DNA of 64,000 nucleotides from Thalia democratica (Eukaryota): NCBI GenBank assembly GCA_965202585.1, contig OZ241827.1, positions 25,296,001 to 25,360,000 of the forward strand, read 5' to 3'. Shown piece by piece: positions 1 to 13,100 of this stretch (position 1 is its first letter; each line of letters starts with the position of its first letter). The notes under the pieces were generated by a model. It saw only the letters and a program-made list of their open reading frames with translations, ran no database searches and was not told where the DNA came from. The position numbers and the translations under genes were made by a program.

Positions 1-948
1 GACACATATACAAGTTACAGAATTTTTAGTTGTTCAATTTTGTAAACTTTATTTTTGTAAAAAACTATAAAAATTGTTAAGTAATTAGATTAAAGATAAC
101 TTTAAAGAAAATCAACCTGTCTAAAGCAGGCTTAGTTTTTGAAATATTCTGTCTTAAAACTCGAAAATCGGATAGAGTGGCAGCCCGGTAACAATTTAGC
201 TTTTAAACATACTATCAAAAAAAAGAAAAAATATTTTTAACAAAACTTGAAAAGCTAATTTCTACTGTACAAATGGAAATTGTTTAAAAAACTACGAAAT
301 CACTTAAAATGAACAATTGAAATATCGAACTATTGAAAATTTAACGTAAATACTTGCTAATAGTCCTAGCGAAACAAGTTAAACGGAATATATAATAATA
401 ATAAGTTAAAACTCTACTCTTTCTTTAGCATGTTTTGTGTGTAACAATTTAACAAACTTTAACGGAGCTCTGTAAAATAATACTGTATTAAAACATAATA
501 TTGTGACACAATTATTAAATATATTTTTTCGAATGTATAACTACGGTTTAGTCTTATGAATCAGTACTTCTACAAATTTCATGTGAGTGCTTTATATTTT
601 GATTTTTCATTTTGTTTTATAATTTACTTTACTTTATCATAGTTTAGATTTAATAATTACAAACATTATATAGTTTTATTATAGTCGGATTTAACATTAT
701 GTATTGTATCTATCATTAATCATTAATCTACAATAATCGACAGTATTTACTCTTTTTTTAAATTACCACATTTACACACCTACTTTAGCTATTAACTTGT
801 TAACACACAGAAACATGTGTTAGTTTAATTAAGAATGAGTATTGTTTATATTTTTTATTACTAAAATAAATAACTGATGTTACTTTAACAAAATGAAAAA
901 AAAAACTGCTTAGCTATCAAAACTTAATTTAACAGCTTGTAAAAAAAC

Positions 949-3223
949 CTGGTAGCAATCCAGAGGCAGAGACCAAGCTTTGAATGGTTGACGAACCCGT
1001 TCATGTGAGTTCCGTAGCCCTTCACTCCCAAAACTGGACATGCTGCTCGCTCCAAATCAAACAATGGGCTGCTACTTGAATCACTTGAGATGCTGTAGCA
1101 CTACGAAATTAGATATTCTATCAGAAAAAAAAAGTGAATTTAAAGTTGTATTTTATTTTTATTTTAGATTGTTATACAGACAGAAAATCAATTACCAGTT
1201 TTTTTTATTAAACTCAAGGGCAATCATTGAAGTGCCCAAAACTACTTTTAATAAAGTTATTCATACTTTTTTATAATCAAATATTTTTCGAAGTTTACAA
1301 GGTTTAGATTATAACTTAACATTGAATTTTTAAACATGAAGAGCAATACGATTTAAGGTAACTTATGTTCTTCTGCACCAACCTTCTAAATAATATCACG
1401 GGACAAAACGTGAATAATGTTAAAAAAAATTATCACAATTATTATTGAAAGTTTAGAGTTAAAAACAGATTTCGTTTTACTCAGCTTAAAAAACAATTTT
1501 TTTTGTTAAATTCTAAACATTTTAAATTATATTATATCTTTAAATTAGAAAAACTTTAGTGTGCACCAAGAAGGTTATTTTTCAAAATGTGCACTTAAGT
1601 TCAGTAAAATGGTTAGAACTTATTTACAGTGCAAGGAAATACCGATAAGTTGTTAAAATACTTCTGAATAGATGAATAATATATCTTACTTACTGAGATT
1701 TTAAAACTAATTTGTATAATTCCTAACAAGTTTTTATATATTAACAAAAATTTAATGAAATTAATTTACAAATAAGGTTTGTTAAATTACATTAGATTTT
1801 TTTTATCAGAATGTTTTTCTTTAGTAGTTTACAAAGCACAGTTCCTAAAATTTTTGAAAACCACAGCTCTAAAAGTTTAATTAGAAAAGGGGTCTCGTTA
1901 AAGACTTCTTTAGTCTCGTTAAATATTTAAATGAATTACATAAATTACAATTTTTAAAATACTTATAACAAATAAAATTTATTAATTAAGAAATTTAGAA
2001 ATGTATAACTATAATAAAAAATTGAGTTTTGTAATTTTATTTAGTATCATAATTTTTACTGCAAAAAAAAAGAAACTTTTATTTTCAATTATTAAAATAA
2101 AAATAAGATATAAAATATTATTTTGTCATTAGGTAAAATAACAGTGCTAACTTAAATTTAGTTCAAAAAAAGTATGAATCACCACTAATTATTTTTATCA
2201 ATCAATGATTTAAAATATGTTTCAAGCTAAATGGTAATTTGTAAACTATTATATACAAGAGTAAAACAGCTTAATACAGTATTTTTGATTGATAGAAATA
2301 GTTAAAGCATTTTAAAAACTACACAACTTATTTTAAAAGACATAGTTTTTAAAGAACAATTACTTTAAACATTACAAAACTAAACATTAAATAAAACATT
2401 TTAACATTTTTCTGGCAGAAAGTAAAAGATAAAGTTTTTCTTAAGAAATTAAAAATTTGAAATTATAAAAAATTATATAAAAAACAAAAAAATTATTAAT
2501 AGACTTATTAACTTCGTTTCTCCACCCTTTTAAAGCAATATGTTTGTCCTGCTTGTTTTTCTTCAAGTCTTCAATAACTCTACATATCACTTTAGTTCTC
2601 GATTTAAAATCACTATAGCAACCTTTCAACTCAACTTTATCTTGATACGCATCAAATACATCTGGGAAACACTTCAAGTCATCGGCTACATGAGGTAGTA
2701 GAATTCCAATATTTTTACCTTCTACTACAAGAGGTATCCATGGCGTTTCTGTTTGTTTATAAAATGTGAATAAATTTTTTAGTTTTTAGTAGATTTTTGT
2801 TACATTCAAACCAATATTAAAAAAGTCTCTATATAAGAGGTTATTTAAATAAATTCATAAAAAAATGAGTATTAATTACAATTAAAAACAATTTTGTTAT
2901 ATTGGTCGACAAACAATTTGAGTTGTCAAATGTTAACACATAGGGTGAAAAGCTAAGTTAAGTCTAAAAAAATCATTCTAAAAAGCTTTAATGTAAGTTT
3001 AGAATTTAAATCTACCACAATTAAATAAATGTTGTTTTATTTAAAGTACTTTGAACATTTTATACAACACTGAATTATTCTATAATAATATATTTCCTTA
3101 TTTCTTTACAGTGCAAAATAAAAATTAAATAAATGAAATACTTAAATTTAAAAACTATGATTACCTGATTTGTTAAAGCTATTTAAACTTTGAAGCAGCT
3201 TCTTTATTTCTTTACACCAAACA
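949..3223 (-). CDS. Nudix hydrolase, YJR142W / plant NUDX20 / DUF4743-like; three internal exons (3223-3165, 2748-2513, 1100-949); first and last exons not resolved
   Basis: Spliced translation VWCKEIKKLLQSLNSFNKS|ETPWIPLVVEGKNIGILLPHVADDLKCFPDVF...ALKGWRNE|CYSISSDSSSPLFDLERAACPVLGVKGYGTHMNGFVNHSKLGLCLWIATR. The motifs GWRNE, LERAA and G.K.YG.HMNG ... LWIA.R are typical of this family. All junctions are GT-AG with matching phases (1, 0). The Nudix-box exons were not found and probably lie left of the window. Confidence 0.85.
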
Positions 3224-6200
3224 CTACTAGTTGATAAAAAGTTTGTCATTAGATATTTTTAGTTGATTATCTAGAAATAAAACTTAGTAAATTTATTTAG
3301 TAGTAACATTTGTTTATTTAAATGGTAATAGTTTGAAACACTTTTTATTTTACCAATAAATTTTATTTTATTACAGTACACCAAAAAATTTAACATTTTT
3401 AAAGTGCTTCATTAAAAGTCAAAACTAAAAGTTATATTTAGTAAACAAGTAAAAGTAAAGTTTTAAAGATTGGTAAACTAGTTAACTTCTTTTCTTACAT
3501 GATTTATTAGTGTTTAAGTACCAATATTAGTCTAAACTAATAAAGGATTGAAATTTTTTAAAGAAAAAAATAGTTTTAGTTTAAGGCTAAAATTTTGAAA
3601 AATAAATACGAACAGTAATTTTAAATTAAAAGTAATTTTAATTTAAATTGTTCAGTTCATTATAAAATTAAAATAATTATACAAGTTTTATTTATAAAGA
3701 AAACATAACACTTTGTTGGAAAATATTGTATTAAATCAATATGACAAAGGTTTACATTTACAAAAAACAATTTTAAATATTAAAAAAATCAATAGTTAGA
3801 GTTAGTGACAAACAATGTATTGTTAAAAGTACACAAGAAAGATAACAATTTCAAGGTGATTTATTTATTTGAATAATAAATATTTTTAACTTATCATACA
3901 TTTTTGGTGAAAAAAAAATGTCATTATTTATTAAGAGATAGGAAAATAATATGAAATTGACATAATTTAGTCAATTTATTATATTAGAGACATGTTGTAA
4001 CAGTGTCATGATAGTTATATTTGTTCAAATGATTTTAAACAGCATTTTATATTTTATTTGTGCCTGAAATTAAAATTAAAGTACTTCTATAAAAATTAAG
4101 AGACTATTTTATATTTAACACAAGCTTTAATTTAAATATGTTAAAGGACAATAGCTTATCACTAACAAAACATTTTTACTTTTTTGTTTCTTAAATTCTA
4201 AGTTTTGGTCTAGTTTCAATTGTTGAAGTTAATTTTGCTGAGGGATATGATCTCTACAGTTTCCCCACATTATAAAATTCCAATGCTAAATTTTTTAACT
4301 ACTTAGTGTTTTCTAATTTAAACAACATTAAGGGTTATAACATTTTTAGAAACTAAAACTTTAATCATTGAAGAGGCAATAAATATGACATAATAAAATT
4401 CATTTGTTCAACCTTTTAAAATGTTATAAAATTACAATACTAAAAATCTTTCACTATCAGATTAAGCTACAAAGTTTTCTTAGTTTTAGAAAGTACTTTT
4501 TAAGTTTATTCAAAACATAATTTAATCAAAGCTTTTATTTAAAGTCTTAGTACTTATTTTAACTTAACAGAAACTATTTGCAGAATACAACTTTTTAAAC
4601 TTACTCTTTTTAAACTTACCTTAATACAAAAAAATAGATCAAGTTTATCACATTTAACAGTATAACTATAATTGAAATGCTTTTGTCAACAAAAACTTTA
4701 AAAATTGGATATGTACATCAAGTTGAAGATAGAAGGATATACAAAGAAACTTTCTCCAGAGATCCCACTTCTCTTAAGTGTAATATTTTTGCCCCATCTA
4801 ATCAGGGAGTATGAAAGCAGGTCAGGATAGAGTTGAAAATTAGTGTAAAAAGATTTAGAATAATTTTTAGAAACATCCAAAAGTGAAGAAATTAATTGCA
4901 TACTGCATTTAGAGATGACTAAATATCAAAACTTTTAATAACAAACACAGAAAATTAATAAATAAAAACCAACCTACCAAAAAAATCAACTATATAACAG
5001 CACTGTGACAAAAAGTTTCAGTCCATAATCATTTGTGATTAAAGGAAGCCTACTACTACCATGATTTTAAGTAAATTTATAAGTACAACTTATAAAAAAA
5101 AACACTGAACATAGCATTTTGTTTATTTTAATTTAAGGGTTGTTTAAAGTTTTAGCTCATAAAATAAAAATTTGATGTTTAACTTAATTTCAAATAAAAT
5201 TCCTTGTTAGGCAACTTACCATATTTACAAGTTTATATTTTCTGAGTCAGTTTTATAGTTTTTTTAAGTTTTACTGTTTGTTAACTTGAAGTTTAAAGTT
5301 ATCAAATAAAATGCTTTCCTTTTTTAGGTAAATTCCAACAAGTGAAAAAGATGACAACTAGTTATAACAAGGCTACACAAATTTTATCAATTTAAAAGAA
5401 ACGTTAAGGTTATAGTGTAATTAATTTATCATAAAAATAGTTTTATTTATAAAATTAACAAAGACATTAAGAATTCATACAACAAACAAATATTGTATAA
5501 TCATGGTATATTGATCAATAGTGCAAAACTAATACACTTATTAACAATGTAACTGAATTTTTTTTAAAGAATACTTTAGTTTTATTTAAGTGCTGACAAG
5601 CTCTTTGAGCAATACTTAGTTTGCTATATAACTTTTGAAAATAAATATACATCAGATATTGAATAAGTTTGTTATATTTTTTGAAATTTCGGAAATAAAT
5701 TTAATTTTTTTTTAGTTGAACTAAAGCAAATATCTTGTTTACCTGTGTTTTTCTAAGCTTGTACAAAAGCACTCAAAATGTTTTTCTAATTGACTTATAT
5801 GCTTAAGAATAACGTAACTAAAGTTTCTTTTTGTTTAGGTTTTCTAAATACCCTTTGAAAAAAATGTAATTTATTTTTTAGGTTAAATTTAAAAAAATTA
5901 TTCGAAAGTTTCGTCTAAAAAACCATAATAACTAGATTTTTATTACGATTAAATAATAACTTTATCATATGTTTGTGTTGATATTTTTCTTTCATTTAGT
6001 ATTTAAATATGCGCCAAAATGTATTAAATAAATGGTTTTGTCATTTAGTTCATAAAATATTAATAATTTTACGAAAACAATTATATTAAGTTTAAATTCA
6101 CTACTTATTACTGAGATTTAAATTTCAAACAGTTATATCTAATAAAAATATCCAAAAATGATTGAATCAAACGAAAACAGTAAAACAAAAATGCATTTTA

Positions 6201-6710
6201 TTTGTTGAATAAATTTTCTGCACAAAGTAAAGTAGCTAGTACCCTTTTTGGAAACAACACTTTAAAAGGATATCAATCACAGACAAAAAAATCGTTTTGT
6301 AATAAGCTTTATATGTTTAACTTTATTCTCATAAAAAATGTTGTTTCAAAAATTTTTGTATTAAACCAGTTTATTTGAGTTTTTAAATAAACTTTATAAC
6401 TTAAGCTTCTAAGCAAGGATGTATCAAAACAATTTAGAATGTTTAAATGTGCCTAATGCACAAATAGTAAACTTGTTTTCTAATCACAAGAAGTCGTTTA
6501 ACTCGTTTCCTGTTTCCTGTTCGCCTCCTAAAAAACTGGAAAAAACGTATTAAAAAGCGATTAAATATAATTTTCTATTATAGTATTTTACAAAAAACTG
6601 ATATCTATTAGTTAACCTTATGTATCAAGTTAAGTTAAGATTTTCTTAGCAAAAATGACGTAGTTTATTTGTTTATTATTTAGTCAAAAAAAACTTTGTC
6701 CTTAACCAAA

Positions 6711-6792
6711 CGTAAAAGGTATCGTCGATAACCAAAAGGCTTTTGTGCACCACGACCAAATATTTTGATTCCCTTTTTTGTCGTTTAATAAA
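6711..6792 (+). mobile_element. Structured SINE-like repeat, internally deleted copy
   Basis: cgtaaaaggtatc-gtcgataaccaaaaggcttttgtgcaccacgaccaaatattttg matches the other copies. Confidence 0.7.
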
Positions 6793-8897
6793 CAATTTAT
6801 ATACTATATAAAAGTTTTATATTTACGTAAGCGATCACATTTGAAAAGATAACTTTTGATTTAAAGTTAGCCGGTAAGAATCGTTTTAAAAAACTATTAT
6901 AAAATGCTTTTCCACCTCCAAGGGTTTCTCTTTGTTATAGGAACCTATTGACTAATTCGCATATTGTTTTTATTTTTACACATTATAAAAACTGTAGTTT
7001 TACAATTATTTTTTAGTCAAGGTGTAAAACTATTGTTCACGTCTGCTACTAATTTGTTTTTAATAGTTTTTTTTAAGTTTGATGTGTAGATAAATTAGTT
7101 TACTTGAATCTGTTTGACTAAAATACTTATTTTCATATCATTGAGTATGTTTTTCTATTACTAAGAGAAGTTAATTACTAATTTTAATAAGTACTTTGTT
7201 TTTAATTTTTTGTGTATAAAAATTTTTGTTATACATGTTAGCTTCACAATGTACGGCAAAACTTTCATATTGTCAATATTTTGAGACTTATGTTGGAATT
7301 GTAATTATGAACTAAAAATCTAAGAACTGAACTACTTGAGGTAATTTTGAATTTCGTTTTACTGTTTTTTTTTAAGTTTAAGTAATTTAATGTACCTGAT
7401 GTAGTTTAAGAAAATTATGTCGTTTTTAAAGTGTACTATTAAACGCTATTACAAAAAAAACGTATAACACTACTATAATAAATATCTTACTCTTACGTTC
7501 AATCAGCACCATTATATACTATTTTGTTAGTTTTATTAAACAAATTTGTACATTAGTTCAATAATTTCGTATTAAGTAGATTTAAAAATAAACTTTTACC
7601 ACAGTTTAGAACACAAATATTAATAAAAATACAAAAGCTTGATAAAGTAAAAATGTTTTCCTAGCTATATCAGATTGGCAACAAGACAACTAAGAAAAAA
7701 GATTTAGTGTTTTAATTACTAACATATTTCGATGGCAAAAAAAAAAGACAAAATATTGCTACTCAAATGTACTGATTTAAATTTTTAAACAATTTCATAT
7801 GCAGTAATAAAAAGTAGGAAATTATTTAACAACTGTGTTCTAACTACTATTTAAAAAAAATGTAAACAAACATTTGTTTTAACACTGTACACCAGGAAAA
7901 AAAAAGTTTTACCAGGATTTAGATAAAAGTTTTATCAACTACCAGTCTTTTTTTAAAACTTACGATGTTTGAGTCACAAAAAGGTATTTTTTTTTAATAC
8001 TTTTGCTAAACATGATTTCTTTCCAAATTAACTGTAGTATATATTACAAATAAGATTTATATAAATGGTAAAAAAATTAAGGAAGTTTCTTTGAGTACCT
8101 AATTAACTAATAATATAAAATAATTCAGTTTTTCTGAAGGCATTTGGCAAGAGTTATTTTGTTTAATTTGTTTTTGGAATTCAAAATGTTGTTTTTTAGT
8201 AAAAAATTTCCAACAGCTGTATACAACACTTAAACTAATTAAGTTATGTATCGCTAAGGAATTTTAAGTGTTAAATAATATATCATGTTATTAACGCAAT
8301 ACAAAATATTTACTTAACATTCAGCTGTAAGGTGTTTTGAAAATTTTATTATGAAAAAGCATATAAACACGTGCAGTAAAATAAAATGTTGCAGTTTTAG
8401 TTAGAAGTTATCTAGTTTTAACAAGAATGCTTATTGACTCATGTATTTTATAAAAACAATTTTAAACTAAAAATGTCAAGGATGACTATTATCGTAATCT
8501 AAAGTGTATAACATTTGAAAAATTAATAAACATTACTTTTAAGTTAAAAAATAAAAATGTATGTAATTTGCACACGTTATTTTTACAAATTTTAATTAAG
8601 TTTAAAAAAAAAAGTATATCTATTCTTAGTTAAAATAGAAGTTGAGGTATATTACTGTTCTTTATTTAGATAACAACTTTTATTTTTATCTTTTTACAAA
8701 ATCTAATTATCTTAAAACTTGAAAATGATAAAATAAAACTATATTCAAACAAGTTGTTTATTTTCTACTAGATACAAATTTTATAGTAGAAAACTAATAA
8801 GTAGAATAGTTTAATTTAAAGATGTATAAAAAAGTATAAACAACATTAATTTAACTAGGTATGCAGTTTTTAAGTAAAAATTACATTTATTTACAAC

Positions 8898-9018
8898 TGT
8901 CCTGGACAAGACGTTAAAAGGTATCCGTAGTGTGCGACTCGATAACCTAAAGGTTTTTCGTGCACCAGGTCCCAAGACTAAAAAAATTTAAACGTACTTT
9001 TTTGTTTTCTAATAAACG
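8898..9018 (+). mobile_element. Structured SINE-like repeat, near full-length copy
   Basis: tgtcctggacaagacgttaaaaggtatccgtagtgtgcgactcgataacctaaaggtttttcgtgcaccaggtcccaagac; recurs at least 8 times in the window in both orientations. Confidence 0.8.
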
Positions 9019-9366
9019 ATAGTAATTATTTATAACGCTTTATTTAGATCAATAGGCTACAGTTAATCTCTTTATATTTTCTTTAAATGATTTTTTACTA
9101 AAAATATGGCGAATGTCATAAAATGAATTAATATACGGCTGTTTTTGAAAAAAGCTTAAAAGAAAACAATTTGAAATTAGAATTAAGTAAACTACTTTGG
9201 TTTTTAACAAGATTCTAAAATTAAATAAGTTTAGTTATCATACACACAAAACTAAACTTTCAGTTAAATTACATTAAGAGCTTACCTTTTTGTTTTCAAA
9301 CTTTATAAATAAAAAATAAGTTAATTATACAATTCCTAAAACTTCAACAGATTTTATTTAAAAATT

Positions 9367-10113
9367 ATGAAGTTTTTCACTGTTTCATTACTTTTTTTGT
9401 TTGTTTTTTTATCAATCTTTTTTTTAACGTCTGCAAAAAATCCAAGTTCAAGAAAAGGCACACAACGTTATGTTGTGGATAAAAAAATTTCATCGACAGC
9501 CGAGTGCAGTAAAGATGAACTTGAAAGTTTTTACTTATCGGCAGAAAGTGCATTAGAAGGTGCTGAAGAAACAAAATTCAAAACTTTTGTGTACGAACTA
9601 AACGCGATTGGAATCAAATTTTCACTGGCTTTCGAACACAACAGCACTTCAGATCTGTCAAATGCTTGTTCGACCGTAAAGTACTACAGAGAAAACATCA
9701 GAAGAATAACAAGAATCTACATGAACATTTATTTGAATTCAAGAACAGTGAAAAAATACCACTACGGCTTCTACTTTAGAGTGAAAGATACTGGTTACCT
9801 GAATGACAAAATCTGTAAAAATGCAGTTTTCAGAAAACGCCAAACTCCTCATAAAGTCAAACCGGTCAAAGTTGTTTTGGAGGAAAGTTTTACTGATTTG
9901 ATATCCTACCAGCGGAAGGAATATTTGGTGTTTTGGCAAGAGGAATACTGGCCTATGGACCTATTTTACGTTGAAAAAGATAATCTCCAACTTCTTATTA
10001 AGTGCGATTATTTCAAGGACAGTAGATTCCAACTTTTTATAAAGTCGAAATACACTGCTGACTATGATAAGTTGACGTATCACGTTTTGCTTCATCAAAA
10101 ACGACAATTTTAG
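9367..10113 (+). CDS. Secreted protein of unknown family, paralogue A (248 aa, single coding exon)
   Basis: A long open ORF in AT-rich DNA with a hydrophobic N-terminal signal peptide (MKFFTVSLLFLFVFLSIFFLTSA). Co-linear homology with 15907-16704 (E.NA.GIKFSL.F, CSTVKYYREN, L.KC.YF, four aligned Cys). AG acceptor at 9348-9350 just before the ATG. Confidence 0.85.
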   Translation: MKFFTVSLLFLFVFLSIFFLTSAKNPSSRKGTQRYVVDKKISSTAECSKDELESFYLSAESALEGAEETKFKTFVYELNAIGIKFSLAFEHNSTSDLSNACSTVKYYRENIRRITRIYMNIYLNSRTVKKYHYGFYFRVKDTGYLNDKICKNAVFRKRQTPHKVKPVKVVLEESFTDLISYQRKEYLVFWQEEYWPMDLFYVEKDNLQLLIKCDYFKDSRFQLFIKSKYTADYDKLTYHVLLHQKRQF

Positions 10114-13100
10114 TTATTCATTTTCTAAAATTTAGTTGATTGCTTTTTGTTAACATATTTTATTTTTTAATACAACTGAAAATTTCAAAAGTTATAACAA
10201 CCGTTTATTTATTTGATTTTTTTTTTCAATTTGTTCCAAATACTATAAAGAATATTGAAAACTAATACAGCAGTAATCAAAGTTTTGTTATTCATAATAT
10301 TTGTTTGTTCGAAAATATTTTTATTTTTAACTCATCTTTACTATCACTTATATAAAAATAGTGCTTTTTATTCGACAAGAAAAGTAGCAGTAAATTTTTG
10401 AATGTACTAACAAAAAACAGTATTTTTATTTTTTTGTATTTAGTAGTTATGTACTGCTTATAGTTTTTAATCAATTTTTCATAAATATTCTTAGTCTATT
10501 TAGTGAAAATGTAAAATTTACTACAGAAAGCAGTTTTATTTTGAAACTATAAAAAAATGTTTTTTTATTTGTTTATAATCAATACAATTTGGCTATTCTT
10601 ATTAAATCTTACTTAAAATACTGATATTAAAATATCCATTAAAAACAATAAACCTTAATATTTGTAAGCTTTTATTATAAAAAGTTTTTTAAATTTTCTG
10701 AACTCTAAAAAGTACAAATGCTTAACATACTATTTAACAAGCTTGTACCTTGTTTTTTTAGGATTTTACCAAAGCATACCAAGTTAAACAAATGTCATAA
10801 GTAATTAATGGTTGTAGCTTGTTTGATTACGCGGAATACAAAGAGTTAGTAGTCTTTGGTAAAAATTTTGAGAAAGCATGAAACTATGTTTTTTTGCCGT
10901 TGTTCGTTTTTAAAACTAAACTTTTCGAAACTTTGCTTACTACAATATTAAATAGAAAATAAATTAAAGATTATAATATTAAATATATTATTTATGTATA
11001 TATACAAAATTAAATTTTTAAATAAAAGAGGTTAGAATAAAGTATTTGTTTTCTTAGTAACTTCAAAGAAAAATATAATTAAACTAAAACATTTGTTGGC
11101 ATGTTTTTGTTAAGGTCTTCTTCAGTCAGTAGTTAATAAAAATGCATCAGATTTTTATTCAAAAGTTTGTAAAGACTGTTACGTTTCAAGAAAACATGTG
11201 AAAACATCTAACTTTATAAATTAAAGTTTTTGAACTGAGTAAACATTGAGGCTTATTTAATTACGGTTTACAGTAGAGTTTAATACTTAAAAAAAACAAT
11301 TTTAGACATAAATAAATTGAAAGATAAACAAATTAACATTTGTTTAAGTAAAATAAATTTCCCAAAACGCATAAAAGTATCAAAACAAACTATTTGCATG
11401 GCTTTAAGTTATTAAATTTATGTTTTTCTCGGTTTTAGAGTTTTAAAGGGTAGCTATTAGAGAATTGAAAAAGTGTTCGTGTCTATATGTATTTTGAAAA
11501 TAATTTAAAAAGTACGTTAACTATTGAAAACTAACATCATTTCTCTGTGTTAAACTATAGAACACTTCTACGGTGTTCTGAACCAAAGATAAGTAGTTCA
11601 AATAATGAAAGATAAAATAGAAAATAAATGTATGTTTTATCTATAACTAAAAAAAAATTGTAAAATAAATATAAGTAAGTACATCAATAATCTGAAATAA
11701 TTACAAAAATATTAATTCAAACACATTATAAAATTAAAATATAGTTTTTTAGAAATTTGTATTTCTGATGAAAATTTGAAATTGTTTTTCATAAAAAAAA
11801 AACTCGAAAATTAAATTATTAAATTACCACGAAGTATTAATTTACAGGTAGTTGCTCTATATAAAAAAAATAAAAGCAAAGCTTTTGTTACATCTTTTCT
11901 CATCTAAAATAAACAGTTGAGATGTAAGATCTTTAAGGCATTTCTGCAATGACAAAAACCACTTATAAATCTTTAAACTGAAGCTTTGTTTAGCATATTT
12001 AAAAATTTGTACAAGTAGACTTAATAAAACATGAATAAAACGGAATTTCAAAGTTGGTGAGGCCTGTCTTGATGCGCCTTTATCAAAAGTAAATAGTCTT
12101 TTTTCAAAAATTGGTACAGACCTAGCTACCAAAATTATTTTACTTTTAATTCTTTTTAAAGAAGTATAAGTGTTATAGTTGTATTTTTTTCAATAGTTTT
12201 GATATCCTTCAACTTTTGTATAAAACACATATTTTCAGATTAATTACATATATATTACAAATAATTTCAAGATAAACAAATATTTCATTTTTTGAATTAT
12301 TATTAAGGCATTTTATAATTGTGAAGAATTTTATATAATAATATAATTACTAATTAGGGCCTAGTACACTTGTCAACAAATGCTTAAGTGGGCGATGTAG
12401 TTTTGAAAATTCTGCAATAAAACTATTGTTTAATACGATATAGTTTTAATTAAAAATCAAATGAGAAGAAATTAAATAATAGTTGTTTCAAAAAACCTAC
12501 TTTGTTAGCTTTTCACAAATTATTCTCTAGCTAAAAAATACGTTGCGTACTGTACATTGCCAACCGATCCTTGCGCTAAGCTGTCTACAAGATATAACCA
12601 TGCCTTCGTCTTTTTCTCAAATTAAATGATAAAATTATATTTTAAACTATGATATACAACATACTGGTCTGACCATTATGCTTTGCTTCGCTTGCTTGAT
12701 CTTGTTCTGAATAGAATGACGAGCGCGTTCCAAAATACTGGCTAAAAAGTTGGTTGTTAGTAAACGCAACGTTTAAAGTCCAATACTACGCAACACAACC
12801 GTTTTTAGCGCTACCTGAAAAGCTTATGTAAAGGTAATAGATAAAAATGTGAGCATGAAAAGCTATTAAAAGATCGTAAAATTAGGAAAACCCACATCAG
12901 CAAAACTTTTAGTGAAAGAGACAGAGAACTATTTAGCAAACCGAAAAGGTCGAAAGAATCAAAATAAAAATATTTTATCAGTTGTTAGTGTTTGAAATTT
13001 AAATAGTTTTTTATACATTTATTTTTCTAAGTTCGACTTAGATAATAGTTTTTTTTAGTTAAGATATTGGTTACTTACAGTTTGTTAGCATTCTTCTGTA

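Noticed and set aside
1040-1276. Plus-strand 78-aa ORF
   Set aside because: Overlaps a Nudix exon on the opposite strand and runs into AT-rich intron
4698-4901. Minus-strand 67-aa ORF as first exon of the Nudix gene
   Set aside because: Position and strand fit, but only a weak phase-2 donor (AT|gtacat) is available and there is no family motif; left unresolved
11857-12132. 91-aa minus-strand ORF
   Set aside because: No ATG start, no motif, no convincing splice context or homology to neighbouring genes
12530-12830. GC-richer block as solo LTR or exon
   Set aside because: No TG...CA ends with TSD, no second copy in the window and no open frame; nothing supportable
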